Shown: positions 12,211-22,539, counted from the first letter of the stretch. The stretch: 64,000 bases of DNA from Alphaproteobacteria bacterium (GCA_964291215.2 OZ219791.1:704001-768000); one strand, 5' to 3'. Made by a program: numbers and translations. Notes: a model not told the origin generated them from the sequence alone.

Positions 12211-13098
12211 ATGGATCTGACGGCTCAGCTTGCCGCTGTCGTCGCGCCCATATTCATCTGCGTCGGCCTTGGCATTCTCTGGGTGCGGCTCGGATCGCCG
12301 TTCGATTCCGGCCTGATCACGTCGCTGATCTACAATGTCGCCGCCCCGTGCCTGATCCTTGCGACCTTCGACAAGGTCGATGTTACGGTGGCCGCGCTTG
12401 GCGAGGTCGCCCTTGCCGCGACCGCCTGCCTCATCAGTTTCGGCCTCCTTGCCACCCTCGTTCTCAGGGCAGTGCGGCTCGACCTGCCCTCCTATCTTCC
12501 GGCCCTGATCTTTCCGCTCGCCGGAAGCATGGGCCTTCCCGTCTGCTTCTTCGCGTTTGGCGACGAAGGCCTCGCCTTCGCGATCGTGTATTTCACGATC
12601 GCCGCTGTCGGCACGTTTTCGGTTGGTGTTGCGGTCGCCGCGGGTTCGCTGTCGTTCGCGACGGTGCTCCGGTCTCCGGTCATCTATGCAGTGCTGATCG
12701 CCGTCGCCCTCAAGCTCGTCGAGGCGCCGCTGCCGGGATGGATCTTCAACACCGTCGACCTTCTCGGCGGCCTTGTCATCCCGATGCAGCTTGTCGCCCT
12801 TGGCGTGTCTCTTCTCGACCTCCGCCCCGGCGCTTTCCTGCGCAGTCTCGCTCTCGGCGCCTTTCGCCTGGCGATGGGCCTTGTCGTGGGGCTCTGCGTC
12901 GCGGACCTGTTTGGTTTCGAGGGCACGCTGCGCGCCGTCGTCGTCATCCAGAGCGCCATGCCGGTCGCGGTCTCGTCCTATCTCTTCGCGCAGCACTTTA
13001 ACCGCAAGCCGGCGGAGGTTGCGGGCATGGTCGTCACGTCGACGGCAATTTCGTTTGCCACGCTACCGTTTCTGCTATGGTTCTTCCTCTCCACCTGA
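12211..13098 (+). CDS. AEC family transporter, tandem paralog
   Basis: Same architecture as the upstream gene (GSMGLPV..FAFGDEGLA, SAMPVAV). Confidence 0.88.
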   Translation: MDLTAQLAAVVAPIFICVGLGILWVRLGSPFDSGLITSLIYNVAAPCLILATFDKVDVTVAALGEVALAATACLISFGLLATLVLRAVRLDLPSYLPALIFPLAGSMGLPVCFFAFGDEGLAFAIVYFTIAAVGTFSVGVAVAAGSLSFATVLRSPVIYAVLIAVALKLVEAPLPGWIFNTVDLLGGLVIPMQLVALGVSLLDLRPGAFLRSLALGAFRLAMGLVVGLCVADLFGFEGTLRAVVVIQSAMPVAVSSYLFAQHFNRKPAEVAGMVVTSTAISFATLPFLLWFFLST

Positions 13099-13159
13099 GC
13101 GGTCACGTCGCTGCAGCGGCGCTGCCTGCAGGCAGAGAGAACATCTTCCGGAGCCTGCC

Positions 13160-13780
13160 ATGACTGCGAGATATGCTAAGATCGCCTTCACCGAGGCCGT
13201 CCGGGCGCGCCAGGAACAGGCTGGGTCGCGCGCTTCCTACGCGCATCTCGATGGCGATCAGGCCGGTCTCCCCAACCCGCTCGGCGAGCGCGAACGGATG
13301 TTCATTGCCGCGCGCGACAGCTTCTACATGGCCAGCGTCAACAGTGACGGCTGGCCCTACCTGCAGCACCGCGGCGGTCCGCGCGGATTTCTGAAGGTTC
13401 CCGATTCCGGTACGCTAGCCTTTGCCGACTTCGCCGGCAACAGGCAGTACGTGAGCGTCGGCAACATCGACGGTGACGGCCGCGTATCGCTGTTCCTGAT
13501 GGACTATCCCGCGCGCCGGCGCCTCAAGATCATGGGGCGGGCGCGCTTCATCGATCCCGGCGACGGCGCGTTTCCGGACCTGATCGATCCCGGCGACTAC
13601 GACGCGCCGGTCGAGCGCGCCTGCGTGATCGAGGTTGCCGCCTGTGACTGGAACTGTTCCAAGTTCATTACGCCGCGCCTGACCGAAGAGGAGATGGTGC
13701 CGTCCTTCCGGCGGCTGGTGGCCCGCATCCGCGAGCTCGAAGACGCACTTGAACTGGCCTTGGTGCCCCCTGCGCCATGA
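13160..13780 (+). CDS. pyridoxamine 5'-phosphate oxidase-like FMN-binding protein
   Basis: RDSFYMAS, GWPYLQHRGGPRGFL, FAGNRQY and DWNCSKFITPR. Confidence 0.88.
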   Translation: MTARYAKIAFTEAVRARQEQAGSRASYAHLDGDQAGLPNPLGERERMFIAARDSFYMASVNSDGWPYLQHRGGPRGFLKVPDSGTLAFADFAGNRQYVSVGNIDGDGRVSLFLMDYPARRRLKIMGRARFIDPGDGAFPDLIDPGDYDAPVERACVIEVAACDWNCSKFITPRLTEEEMVPSFRRLVARIRELEDALELALVPPAP

Positions 13781-14397
13781 GCGGAGCGCGGTTCTCGGTT
13801 CCGCCGGGTGCCAGCCGCATCCTGGTGGCGCTGGTCGCCATCCAGGCCCTGCGCACGGTGTTGCCGCGTGAATACGACGCGTACCTGCTGTTTTTCACAG
13901 CCTTCCATCCCTTTACCGGGCATGAGCTTGATCCAATCTGGCTCTACGGCGCCTTCACCTCGGTCTTCATCCACGCGAACTGGACGCACCTGCTGATGAA
14001 CGGGCTGTGGGTGGTGGCGCTCTCATCGCAACTGCGCGCACATCTCGATGGCATGCGCTACCTGCTGTTCTTCGCCGTTTCCGGAGGGCTCGGCGCCCTG
14101 ACCCATGCCGCGCTGAACTGGGGAACGCCCGGGATCCTGCTCGGTTCATCCGGCGCCGTGTTCGGACTTCTCGGGGCCGGCGCGCATGCGCTGCTGCGGG
14201 GCAGCGACGGGTGCTCGCGGCCGCAATTGCAGCACTACATCCAGTACGTTCTCCTGATGATGATTATCAATCTGGGCTACGCCATCCTCAGCGAATACAG
14301 GATCAGCTGGGAGGCGCACGCCGGCGGGTTCTTTGCCGGGCTGGCCCTGTTTCCGCTATTACGCCGCCACCGTCCTGCCGTCGCTCCCCGGCCCTGA
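13777..14397 (+). CDS. rhomboid family intramembrane serine protease
   Basis: FIHANWTHLLMN, catalytic GSSG and WEAHAGG. Confidence 0.88.
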   Translation: MSGARFSVPPGASRILVALVAIQALRTVLPREYDAYLLFFTAFHPFTGHELDPIWLYGAFTSVFIHANWTHLLMNGLWVVALSSQLRAHLDGMRYLLFFAVSGGLGALTHAALNWGTPGILLGSSGAVFGLLGAGAHALLRGSDGCSRPQLQHYIQYVLLMMIINLGYAILSEYRISWEAHAGGFFAGLALFPLLRRHRPAVAPRP

Positions 14398-14428
14398 CCG
14401 CGGCCTGCCGCCGCGTGGCGAGAGACGT

Positions 14429-15184
14429 TCAGTGCATCGCCGAGCCGCCGTCGACGACGAGAGTCTGGCCGGTAATGAAGTCGGACTCCGCCGACGAGAA
14501 GAAGACAACCGTCCCCAGCAGGTCTTCCGGAACTTCCTCGCGCTTGATCGCGCGGCTTGCGGTGTTGTTGTCCTTCACCGCCGTCCATTGCGGATCGTCG
14601 ACGACCTTCTCGCTCATCGTCAGGCCGGGAGCGATGCAGTTGACGGTGATTCCGTCGCCGCCCACCTCGCGCGAGAGCGCGCGGGTGAACGCGACCATGG
14701 CGCCCTTCGAACTCACGTAATGAAGAAGCATCGGTGTGCCCTTGAACACGGTGCCGGAGGCGATGTTGATGATCTTGCCGTAGCCGTTCTTCTTCATTTC
14801 CGTCACGGCAGCCTTCACGCAGGTGAATACGCCGCGCGTATTGACCTGCATGACGCGGTCCCACTCGTCCTCGTCGATCTCGAGAAATGACTTCTGCTTG
14901 AGGTCGGCGAACAGCGCTGCATTCGTGACCATGATGTCCAGCTTGCCGAAGGCGTCCACAGTTTCCGAGACCAGTGCCTTGACGTCGTCCGGACGCGTGA
15001 CGTCGCACCTGATTCCCATCGCTTCGCCGCCGGCCTGCTTGATGATGTTCACCGTGTTCTCGGTATCCACGATATCCGCGACTGTGACCTTGGCGCCTTC
15101 GGCGGCGAGTGTCTTCGCGTATTCGGCCCCGATGCCCCGTCCGGATCCGGTGACGATCGCGACCCGTCCGTCAAGTCGTCCCAT
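14429..15184 (-). CDS. SDR family oxidoreductase
   Basis: TGSGRGIG, YVSSKG and ITGQTLVVDGG. Confidence 0.92.
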   Translation of the reverse strand: MGRLDGRVAIVTGSGRGIGAEYAKTLAAEGAKVTVADIVDTENTVNIIKQAGGEAMGIRCDVTRPDDVKALVSETVDAFGKLDIMVTNAALFADLKQKSFLEIDEDEWDRVMQVNTRGVFTCVKAAVTEMKKNGYGKIINIASGTVFKGTPMLLHYVSSKGAMVAFTRALSREVGGDGITVNCIAPGLTMSEKVVDDPQWTAVKDNNTASRAIKREEVPEDLLGTVVFFSSAESDFITGQTLVVDGGSAMH

Positions 15185-15288
15185 CTTTCTGTCCCTCCGT
15201 TCTGGTTGTTCGCCGTGAAGGCGTTCAGCGTGTGTGCCGCCTCTTCCTCAACTGCAGGCCGCGCCGCGCCGGCAGGCGGCGCGAGAGA

Positions 15289-15837
15289 TCACTCAAGCGG
15301 CGCCGGATTTGCGCTCAGGCTCCTGAGGAAAAGGATGACGTTGGCGCGGTCCTTTGCCTTCTTGAGCCCGACGAAGGTCATCTTGGTTCCCTTGGCGTAT
15401 GCTTTGGGCTTGGTCAGGAAAGCGTTCAGATTGTCGTAGTTCCAAGGCTTGTCCTTGAGCTTTGTCAGCGCGCTCGAATACTTGAAACCGGACTTTTCGG
15501 TCGGTGTCGCGTTGACGATATTCCAGAGATTGGGCCCGACGCCGTTCTTGCCGCCTTCCGAAATCGTGTGGCACGCCTTACACTTGTTGAAGACCTTCTT
15601 GCCCCGTTCGATGCTGGCTTCCGCAAGCAGGGTCGACAGCGGCACTTCCGGTTCTGCCGGAGCGGCGGCTGACGCCGGCGTCGCGGGGATCGCGGCGACG
15701 ACGGCCGCCTTGCCAGTATCGGAGCCGTGGCCGCCGCCCGCGCCGACAAGATTGTCGCCGATCTTGCCGATGACAAAGACAACCAGTGTCGTCAGCAATA
15801 CTGCTCCGACGAGCTTGTTCAACCCGAATGTCGACAT
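15289..15837 (-). CDS. membrane-anchored class I cytochrome c (CycM/c2-like)
   Basis: N-terminal TM helix, CKACH heme motif, GPNLW and GTKM. Confidence 0.92.
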   Translation of the reverse strand: MSTFGLNKLVGAVLLTTLVVFVIGKIGDNLVGAGGGHGSDTGKAAVVAAIPATPASAAAPAEPEVPLSTLLAEASIERGKKVFNKCKACHTISEGGKNGVGPNLWNIVNATPTEKSGFKYSSALTKLKDKPWNYDNLNAFLTKPKAYAKGTKMTFVGLKKAKDRANVILFLRSLSANPAPLE

Positions 15838-15985
15838 GTAGACTCCGCTGGAAATCGCCAGACGCCAAGCTGCTGCTTCCAGTGTTCAAGATAGTTGCGC
15901 TGCGGCGGTCTGTCCAATACTCCGGTTCGGTCTTCCGGCGCTGCGGTTCGGCGTCGGTTTCCCGGGTGTGCGCCTGCCCGAAAGC

Positions 15986-16900
15986 CTAGGCGGCGCCGTG
16001 TTTTCTGAGCCAGTCGCCGAGACGTTTCCAGCCGTCCATTGCCGCCTCGGCGCGGTAGCTCGGGCGGTAATCGGCATGGAATCCGTGTGGCGCATCGGGA
16101 TAGACGACGATTCTCACGTCGGTGTTGGCGGCGGCGCGGATGCGGCTCTCGAGATCCCGGACCGTGGCCACCGGGATGCCGCGGTCCTTGCCTCCATAGA
16201 GGCCGAGGACCGGAGCCTTGATCTTCGCGGCGATGTCGACCGGGTGGGCCGGCGTGTTGGGATTGCTGCCGCGCGCGACGACACGGCCATACCAGGCTAT
16301 GCCTGCCTTCAGCTTCGGGTTGTGCGCGGCATACATCCACACGATGCGGCCGCCCCAGCAGAACCCGGTGATGGCAAGGCGCGCAGTGTCACCGCCGTTG
16401 CGTCCGGCATACCGGACTGCGTGGTCAAGATCCGACATCACCTGGCGATCCGGAACCTTGGCAACAATCTCCATGATCAGTTTCCGGATCTCCTTGAAGG
16501 TGTACTTCGACGGGGCTCCCTGGCGGCTGTACAGATCCGGCGCGATGGCAAAATGCCCCATCTTGGCGAGGCGGCGGCAGACGTCACGGATATGCTCGTG
16601 AACGCCGAAGATCTCTTGGACCACCAGGATGACCGGATGGTTCGCGCCAGCCGCGGGCCGGGCGAAATAGGCGGGGATCATGCCGTCCGCAACGGGCATG
16701 TCGATCATGCCGGCCCTGAGCCCGGCAGTGTCCGTCCTGATCATGGTTGCGCGCGCTGGGCGTACGGAGAGCGCGAGGCCGGTGGATGCGGCAGCGCCGA
16801 CGACGAAAATGCGTCGGGAAACAGCTGTATTCGGCAGCATGCTTCGCAGATCCGAATCGACCAGCTCGGGTTCCGCCTCCGGCGGATAATGAATAAGCAT
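15986..16900 (-). CDS. dienelactone hydrolase family protein with a possible Tat signal
   Basis: QEIFG, GFCWGG, HGFHADYRPSY; SRRIFVVGAAA..ARA near the N-terminus. Start uncertain. Confidence 0.88.
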   Translation of the reverse strand: MLIHYPPEAEPELVDSDLRSMLPNTAVSRRIFVVGAAASTGLALSVRPARATMIRTDTAGLRAGMIDMPVADGMIPAYFARPAAGANHPVILVVQEIFGVHEHIRDVCRRLAKMGHFAIAPDLYSRQGAPSKYTFKEIRKLIMEIVAKVPDRQVMSDLDHAVRYAGRNGGDTARLAITGFCWGGRIVWMYAAHNPKLKAGIAWYGRVVARGSNPNTPAHPVDIAAKIKAPVLGLYGGKDRGIPVATVRDLESRIRAAANTDVRIVVYPDAPHGFHADYRPSYRAEAAMDGWKRLGDWLRKHGAA

Positions 16901-17059
16901 TAGGTCCTTCTCCCGATCGGTGTTGCGCAACGGCAGAACAGTCTATCCGGCCGCGCGGCTGCGGCCGGCAGCTTACACCAAGAGCGGCCGCCGGGCCACG
17001 GAAAACCGGTGTCGAGCGCTCCCCTGCCTGTCGGCGCTGCTTGGTGATGATCCCTGGCC

Positions 17060-18030
17060 CCACTATAAGCGTCGGCAGCTAGGTCGAGATCCACGTAGGT
17101 TACCAAGGTCAGGAAGGTATGCATGATGCCGACCCCCAAGGCAGGGCGGCCTTGACGACATCCAGCACCGGCATTGTCGCAACGCCCGCAGTGACGAACA
17201 GGCTGAGTCCGACAGGCGTCGTGATCATGTCGATTTCCATGTTCACGCCATGATGATTCCGAAATGGTTTGGATCGAGTTCAAGCTCGATAGCAGTCGGC
17301 AAGATGATCGGCGCCACGATGATCAGGAGCTCCGACGGTCCCATGAACTGATCGCCGATCAGCAGTACGTTCAAGACAACCGGGAACATGATCGGGCCCA
17401 AGCTGGCGACGAGCATTGCCGCCGTCATTGCCTGTGGTATCTGCTCCTCGGTCAGGACATGCTTGAGGATCAGGGCATTGGCTATGATGAACACTAGCGT
17501 GACGGTGAGCCTGTCATCCTTGAACAGCGTCTTTCGGGCGCCGGGATGCCAGAGTGCCGAGACCGCTCGGCCGGCGACGCCGCAGTGGTTCTGTTCTCCG
17601 GTCGCGAAAGGCCCCATGTCGCGATTCACGAAGCTCGCGATCAGGAAGGCTTAGACGGTGGCGGCAGCCTTCGTGGGCGTGAAGACGCCTCTGTGGTCTG
17701 CAGCGCTCCGCAAACCTCCTTGAAGGTCATCTCTTGCGGGTTCGTGCTAAGTTGCATGAAACGTGTGACCGGGACATTCGACGTTTGCACGCGGAATTTG
17801 AGGCCGTTGGTGTCGGCGCGGCTCAGCAGCGGCTTGTTCGCCGACATCTGCCTCATGCCGTTTTGCCGCAAGGCTAGCCCCTGCAGGCTGCGGCGTGTCA
17901 TCGAATCCTTGCACGCCTGGCCCGCTTCGGAGTTCCGGCATCGGTCGGCCGCATTGATGATGTTGTTGTTGTAGTTCAATTTGACGTGAATTTCGTCCGT
18001 GTCGCACGCCGCCTGTGTGAGCAACGAAAG
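17060..18030 (-). pseudogene. heavily decayed TRAP transporter genes (DctM and DctP remnants)
   Basis: DctM-like fragments (FIIANALILKHVLTEEQIPQ, IVAPIILP, DPNHFGIIM) and DctP-like fragments (NGMRQMSANKPL, GLKFRVQ, FKEVCGALQT) with stops and deletions. Confidence 0.7.
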
Positions 18031-18300
18031 CGTGGCGGCCGCGCTGACCAGAAGCTTCTGTATGGTGGTTTCTCAATTATTGAGACGGAGAGGACATGCC
18101 TCCCGGGTGCCGGATTTTCGGGCAGTCTGCCAACTCGGGCCGGGCGGCTGCCGTCCGGCCCGGTTTCCGCTATCGTGCAGCAGCGAACTGTTGAAGCCGC
18201 GTGTCCGCGACTGTAAACTCGCCCGGAACAGGGTTCCCGGGCGGGCCGACGCTTGCGGATGCCCCCTCCCGGAGACGGAAAACCGTTCCCGCCCGTTGCC

Positions 18301-19071
18301 ATGTGCCGATCCCTGAATCCCGTTGTCATCATCCCTTCTCGCCTTGCTGCCACGCGTCTGCCGCGAAAACCGCTGGCGGAGATTCTTGGCGAACCCATGA
18401 TTGTTCATGTCTGGCGCCGGGCGGTGCAGGCTGGAATTGGTCCCGTGATCGTGGCCTGTGGAGACCGCGAGATTGCGGAGGCCATCGCTGCGGCCGGAGG
18501 CCGGGCGGTCATGACGCGCTCCGATCATGCGAGCGGGTCGGATCGCATCCATGAAGCGCTCGGGAGCGTCGATTCCGGGGGGGGGCACAATGTCGTCGTC
18601 AATCTGCAGGGCGATCTTCCGGCCATAGATCCCGACATGGTTGCGGCCGTCCTGAGGCCGCTGTCTGAGCCGACCGTTGATGTCGCTACGCTGGTTTCGG
18701 AGATCGTCGAGGAACGGGAACGCGCCGATCCGAATGTAGTGAAGGCGGTCGTGAGCCTTGCTGACGGCGAGGATGTCGGCAGGGCGCTGTATTTCAGCCG
18801 GGCGATGGTGCCGTCGCCGGCAGCGGGGCCCCATTTCCATCACATCGGGATCTACGGTTTCCGGCGCCACGCTCTCGATCGGTTCGTGGCGCTGCCTTGC
18901 GGCAGGCTGGAGGCGTTGGAGCGGCTTGAGCAGCTGCGCGCCCTCGAAGCGGGCATGCGTATCGACGCGGCGCTCGTTGACACCATCCCCGTGGGGGTCG
19001 ATACTTCTGACGATCTTGACCGGGTGCGGGCGCTGCTTGCGGATGGTCCCTTCCGCCAGACCGGATCGTAG
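18301..19071 (+). CDS. kdsB: 3-deoxy-manno-octulosonate cytidylyltransferase
   Basis: IPSRLAATRLPRKPL, NLQGDLP, ALYFSR and LEQLRALE. Confidence 0.95.
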   Translation: MCRSLNPVVIIPSRLAATRLPRKPLAEILGEPMIVHVWRRAVQAGIGPVIVACGDREIAEAIAAAGGRAVMTRSDHASGSDRIHEALGSVDSGGGHNVVVNLQGDLPAIDPDMVAAVLRPLSEPTVDVATLVSEIVEERERADPNVVKAVVSLADGEDVGRALYFSRAMVPSPAAGPHFHHIGIYGFRRHALDRFVALPCGRLEALERLEQLRALEAGMRIDAALVDTIPVGVDTSDDLDRVRALLADGPFRQTGS

Positions 19072-19075
19072 AAAA

Positions 19076-19933
19076 ATGGCCGTATCAGCACGGGCATCGA
19101 AGAGGATTGCGTTTCAAGGCCACCCCGGCGCATATTCGCATCTTGCCTGTCGCAAGCTCTTTCCTGACATGGAGCCGCTGCCGACCGCGGCCTTCGAAGA
19201 TACGCTGGACGCGGTGCGGCAGAGCAAGGCGCGCTACGCCATAATCCCCATCGAGAATTCGGTTGCCGGACGGGTGGCCGACATTCACCAGTTGATGCCC
19301 GAGTCGGATCTTCACATCGTCGGTGAGCATTTCGATCGTGTGGAGCACCATCTGCTCGCGGTCAGGGGCGCGAGCCTGAAGACGATCACCAAGGTCCACA
19401 GCCATGTTCACGCGTTGGGCCAGTGTGGACAGTTCCTGCGCCGTCACGGCCTTGAGCCGGTCGTTCATGCCGATACCGCGGGGGCGGCAGCAGAGATCGC
19501 GAGGATGAACGACCCCGCAAGCGCGGCGATCGCCTCGGCGCTCGCCGGCAAGGTCTACGGCCTAAAGTCCATTCGCGCCGGGATCGAGGACGCGCAGCAC
19601 AACACCACCAGATTCCTAGTACTGGCGCGTCGGCCGCTGCGGCGCAAGCGTGACGAGACGCCGGTAATCACGACATTCGTCTTCCGGGTCCGGAACGTGC
19701 CGGCGGCGTTGTTCAAAGCCCTCGGGGGGTTTGCGACGAACGACGTCAACATGACCAAGCTCGAAAGCTATATGCTTGGCGGCGATTTCTTCGCCACCCA
19801 GTTCTACGCCGATGTCGAGGGAGACCCGCGCGATCGGAACGTCGCGCTGGCGCTCGAGGAACTCGCGTTCTTCAGCCGCGAGGTCTGCATACTCGGGACC
19901 TATCCTGCGGATCCGTTCCGTTTCAGCAAGTAG
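19076..19933 (+). CDS. pheA: prephenate dehydratase
   Basis: AFQGHPGAYS, PIENSVAG, NTTRF and NMTKLES (ACT domain). Confidence 0.95.
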   Translation: MAVSARASKRIAFQGHPGAYSHLACRKLFPDMEPLPTAAFEDTLDAVRQSKARYAIIPIENSVAGRVADIHQLMPESDLHIVGEHFDRVEHHLLAVRGASLKTITKVHSHVHALGQCGQFLRRHGLEPVVHADTAGAAAEIARMNDPASAAIASALAGKVYGLKSIRAGIEDAQHNTTRFLVLARRPLRRKRDETPVITTFVFRVRNVPAALFKALGGFATNDVNMTKLESYMLGGDFFATQFYADVEGDPRDRNVALALEELAFFSREVCILGTYPADPFRFSK

Positions 19934-19941
19934 CGGGCTCT

Positions 19942-20850
19942 TCAGGAGCCCGCGCGGACCCACTCGTCTATCAACCTTCGTGCGATCGAATCCGAACGTG
20001 GACGGCTGGCAATTCCGGCTCCGCCGCGGGCCAGTTCGACGCGGGTGAACCAGCGCAGGTCCTCGAGCTCCTGTTCGTTGCGGACAAACTCGTCGTCAAG
20101 CGAATCGGCATGGAAACCCAGCATCAGGGATGCCGGAAACGGCCAAGGCTGGGAGGAGTGGTAGCGGATGTTGGTGACCGCGATGCCGGCTTCCTCCATG
20201 ACCTCCCGGGCGACCGCTTGTTCGAGGCTCTCGCCGGGTTCCACGAAGCCCGCGAGCGTGGAATACATGCCCTCGGCCCATTCCGCCTTGCGGCCGAGAA
20301 GTGCGCGGTTGCCGCTTGACACCAGCATGATAACAGCGGGGTCCGTGCGCGGAAAATGTAGCGCGCCGCATCCGAGGTTCGCGCATTTTCGAAGATGGCC
20401 GGCTTCGCGAATTTCGGCGGGGCTGCCGCACACGCCGCAGAACCGGTGCCGGGCATGCCAGTGCATGATACCCTTTGCGTAGGCGAGGATTGCCGCCTCG
20501 CCACGGTCCATGTTGGCGCCGACCGCCCGCAGATCGACGAACTTCCCCTCGTCGGCGAGGCCCGGCAAATCGGTTTCGCCGATCCCGGAAATGTCGACGG
20601 CGAAATAGGCGGTTTCCCCGCGCAGGCCGAGAAGCACCGTTACTTCCGACGATTCGATCAATGCACGCGCATCGGGTGTTCGCATGGTCACCGCGCGAGG
20701 CATTTCCATTCCGGCGACCAGGTTGCGCGACCGCCATACGGGCACGATCACCGAGTGTTCGGACTCCAGCCGCAAGCGCAGCCAAGCTTCATTGCCGCGC
20801 AGTTCGCAGGCGCGGTTGAGCACGGGATCGGCGTAGGTGTTGTGTTGCAT
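19942..20850 (-). CDS. nudC: NAD(+) diphosphatase
   Basis: Zn ribbon FCGVCG, FPRTDPAVI, Nudix box GFVEPGESLEQAVAREVMEE and SQPWPFP. Confidence 0.95.
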   Translation of the reverse strand: MQHNTYADPVLNRACELRGNEAWLRLRLESEHSVIVPVWRSRNLVAGMEMPRAVTMRTPDARALIESSEVTVLLGLRGETAYFAVDISGIGETDLPGLADEGKFVDLRAVGANMDRGEAAILAYAKGIMHWHARHRFCGVCGSPAEIREAGHLRKCANLGCGALHFPRTDPAVIMLVSSGNRALLGRKAEWAEGMYSTLAGFVEPGESLEQAVAREVMEEAGIAVTNIRYHSSQPWPFPASLMLGFHADSLDDEFVRNEQELEDLRWFTRVELARGGAGIASRPRSDSIARRLIDEWVRAGS

Positions 20851-21108
20851 TCCGTTATTATAGCCGGTTCGGGCCGCCTTCAGGCGATCGCCGGCTGCGC
20901 CGGCCAGCCGGAAGAGGCTCGGCGCGGGTTCGCGATGGAGAGGATGTCGTCAGGAGACGGGGCCTGTCGGGGAGCAGCGCGGCGTCAGGAAATGCCTGTG
21001 CGGTTTCGCGACAGAGCCCCGAAGAAATCACATGCCCGAAAGCGCATGGCCGCCCGGGTTCCTGGCGTCGCGCGTTCACCCGTCCGGTGAAGGGACGGGC
21101 ATGGTCGG

Positions 21109-21486
21109 TCAGGCGGCCATCACCGTACGCGACTTGATCAGGTACGCTTCCGTGCAATGTTCGGCGCAGTAATGGCGGCCGGGCTGAACCGTCTTGCCGC
21201 AGACATGCAATCCGAACTTGCCGGGCTCGTCCGTCGGCCAGCGGCACATCCAAGTCTCCACGCCCCCCGAGAGGGGGACCAGGGCCGGGACTTTGCCGGC
21301 GACCTTTCTCGTCTGTACTGCGCCTTTCGGCGGCCTTTCGCCATGCTGGAGATCAAGCCGGTGGGCCTTGCCGATCACGGAGTTTCTGGTGAAGCCGCTC
21401 CCGAGTTCGGCGGCGATAGCTCTTGCCGACTTTCCTTCGGACCAGAGCTCGACAAGGAGCTCGACCTGTTCCGGGTTCCATTGCAT
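21109..21486 (-). CDS. gcrA: GcrA-family cell-cycle regulator (short form)
   Basis: W..EQVELLVELWSEGKSARAIA, TRNSVIGKAHRL, CRWP and YCAEH. Confidence 0.85.
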   Translation of the reverse strand: MQWNPEQVELLVELWSEGKSARAIAAELGSGFTRNSVIGKAHRLDLQHGERPPKGAVQTRKVAGKVPALVPLSGGVETWMCRWPTDEPGKFGLHVCGKTVQPGRHYCAEHCTEAYLIKSRTVMAA

Positions 21487-21933
21487 AACCGGTTTCCTTC
21501 TGCGAATGCCAGCCCCGTCGAATCCCGTCGCGTCTGAGTGTGACGCAATATAGAGTATAGATACAAACAAACTATACTATATGTAGGCAATACGACACTC
21601 GCAAGCGGATTTACGCGTTGGCGGAAAATTTTTTTGTGGACATCTCAGGACGGGAAAGAAGAGAAAAACAATAATAAATTCAGCGTATTATGAGAAAATA
21701 ACGATTTCTGTCCCGCCCGTTCCGTCTGGACTGTGGGCAAAAACTGGATCAGTTGGCCACAGGACGTGTGCGCAAGACACCGCCGGAACATCGGCCCGGG
21801 GAGCGGCCGTCGGGCAGGTCGGTCATGTGACGGGAAGCGTTTCGCGGGGCGCGTCCGGGCCGGCCGCCGCGGCATGTGGAAAACGGTGTGCGCCGCCAGT
21901 GGCGGCGCTCTTTGGTTTCCCGATCGGCGGGTT

Positions 21934-22539
21934 TCAGCCCTTGCCGAGGCCGGGAGGTTGTGTGCCCTTGTAGCTGGTCAGGTTGATGATCTCGAGGATG
22001 TTGCCGTCGGGATCGTGGAAATAGGCGCTGGGGCCGTTGACTGCGCCGCCCTGGCGGTCTTCCTCGAAGAAGATCTCGACGCCGCTTTCGGTCAGGAACG
22101 CCTTCGCGTCCTCGTATTCGTCTGCGGCCACGATGAAGTCGTGATGGAGGTCGTGTTCTTTGGGATCGGCGGCCTGTGCGGAGCGCGCGAGAATTATGCA
22201 GTCACCGCCGCTGTCGAGAAAGACCATGTCGCGTTCGTGATTGATCAAGGCTCTTCTTTTGTCCGGTTCCGTCCGACGAGGGGCGTTGTAGGCAGATCTG
22301 GAGTCCATTCGGGGGCGGATTTCGTTGTCGATATGCCGGTTCCGACCTTGAGACGGTGCCACCAACTTCAAGAACTGCCACTCTGACACGGTTGTCCGCC
22401 GCCGACCGCGACAACAGAATGGTCCTGCGTGATTGACCTGCACGGCCGTCATGCCTAGGATTTCCGTATAGAATGCCAGGATGCGTTCCGCATCGGTGAC
22501 CGGGATCGTGAAGTGGGCGACGCCCATCGTCCTTATCAT
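21934..22539 (-). CDS. VOC family protein carrying a 64-codon in-frame insertion
   Basis: GVAHFTIPVTDAE..FY and YFHDPDGNILEI flank a non-VOC segment bounded by a 9-bp direct repeat. Confidence 0.8.
   Translation of the reverse strand: MIRTMGVAHFTIPVTDAERILAFYTEILGMTAVQVNHAGPFCCRGRRRTTVSEWQFLKLVAPSQGRNRHIDNEIRPRMDSRSAYNAPRRTEPDKRRALINHERDMVFLDSGGDCIILARSAQAADPKEHDLHHDFIVAADEYEDAKAFLTESGVEIFFEEDRQGGAVNGPSAYFHDPDGNILEIINLTSYKGTQPPGLGKG
22245..22427. mobile_element. MITE-like element (~183 bp) inside the VOC gene
   Basis: CGTGATTGA repeated at 22236-22244 and 22428-22436; imperfect terminal IRs CAAGGCTCTTCTTTTGTC vs CAGGACCATTCTGTTGTC (13/18). Confidence 0.75.
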
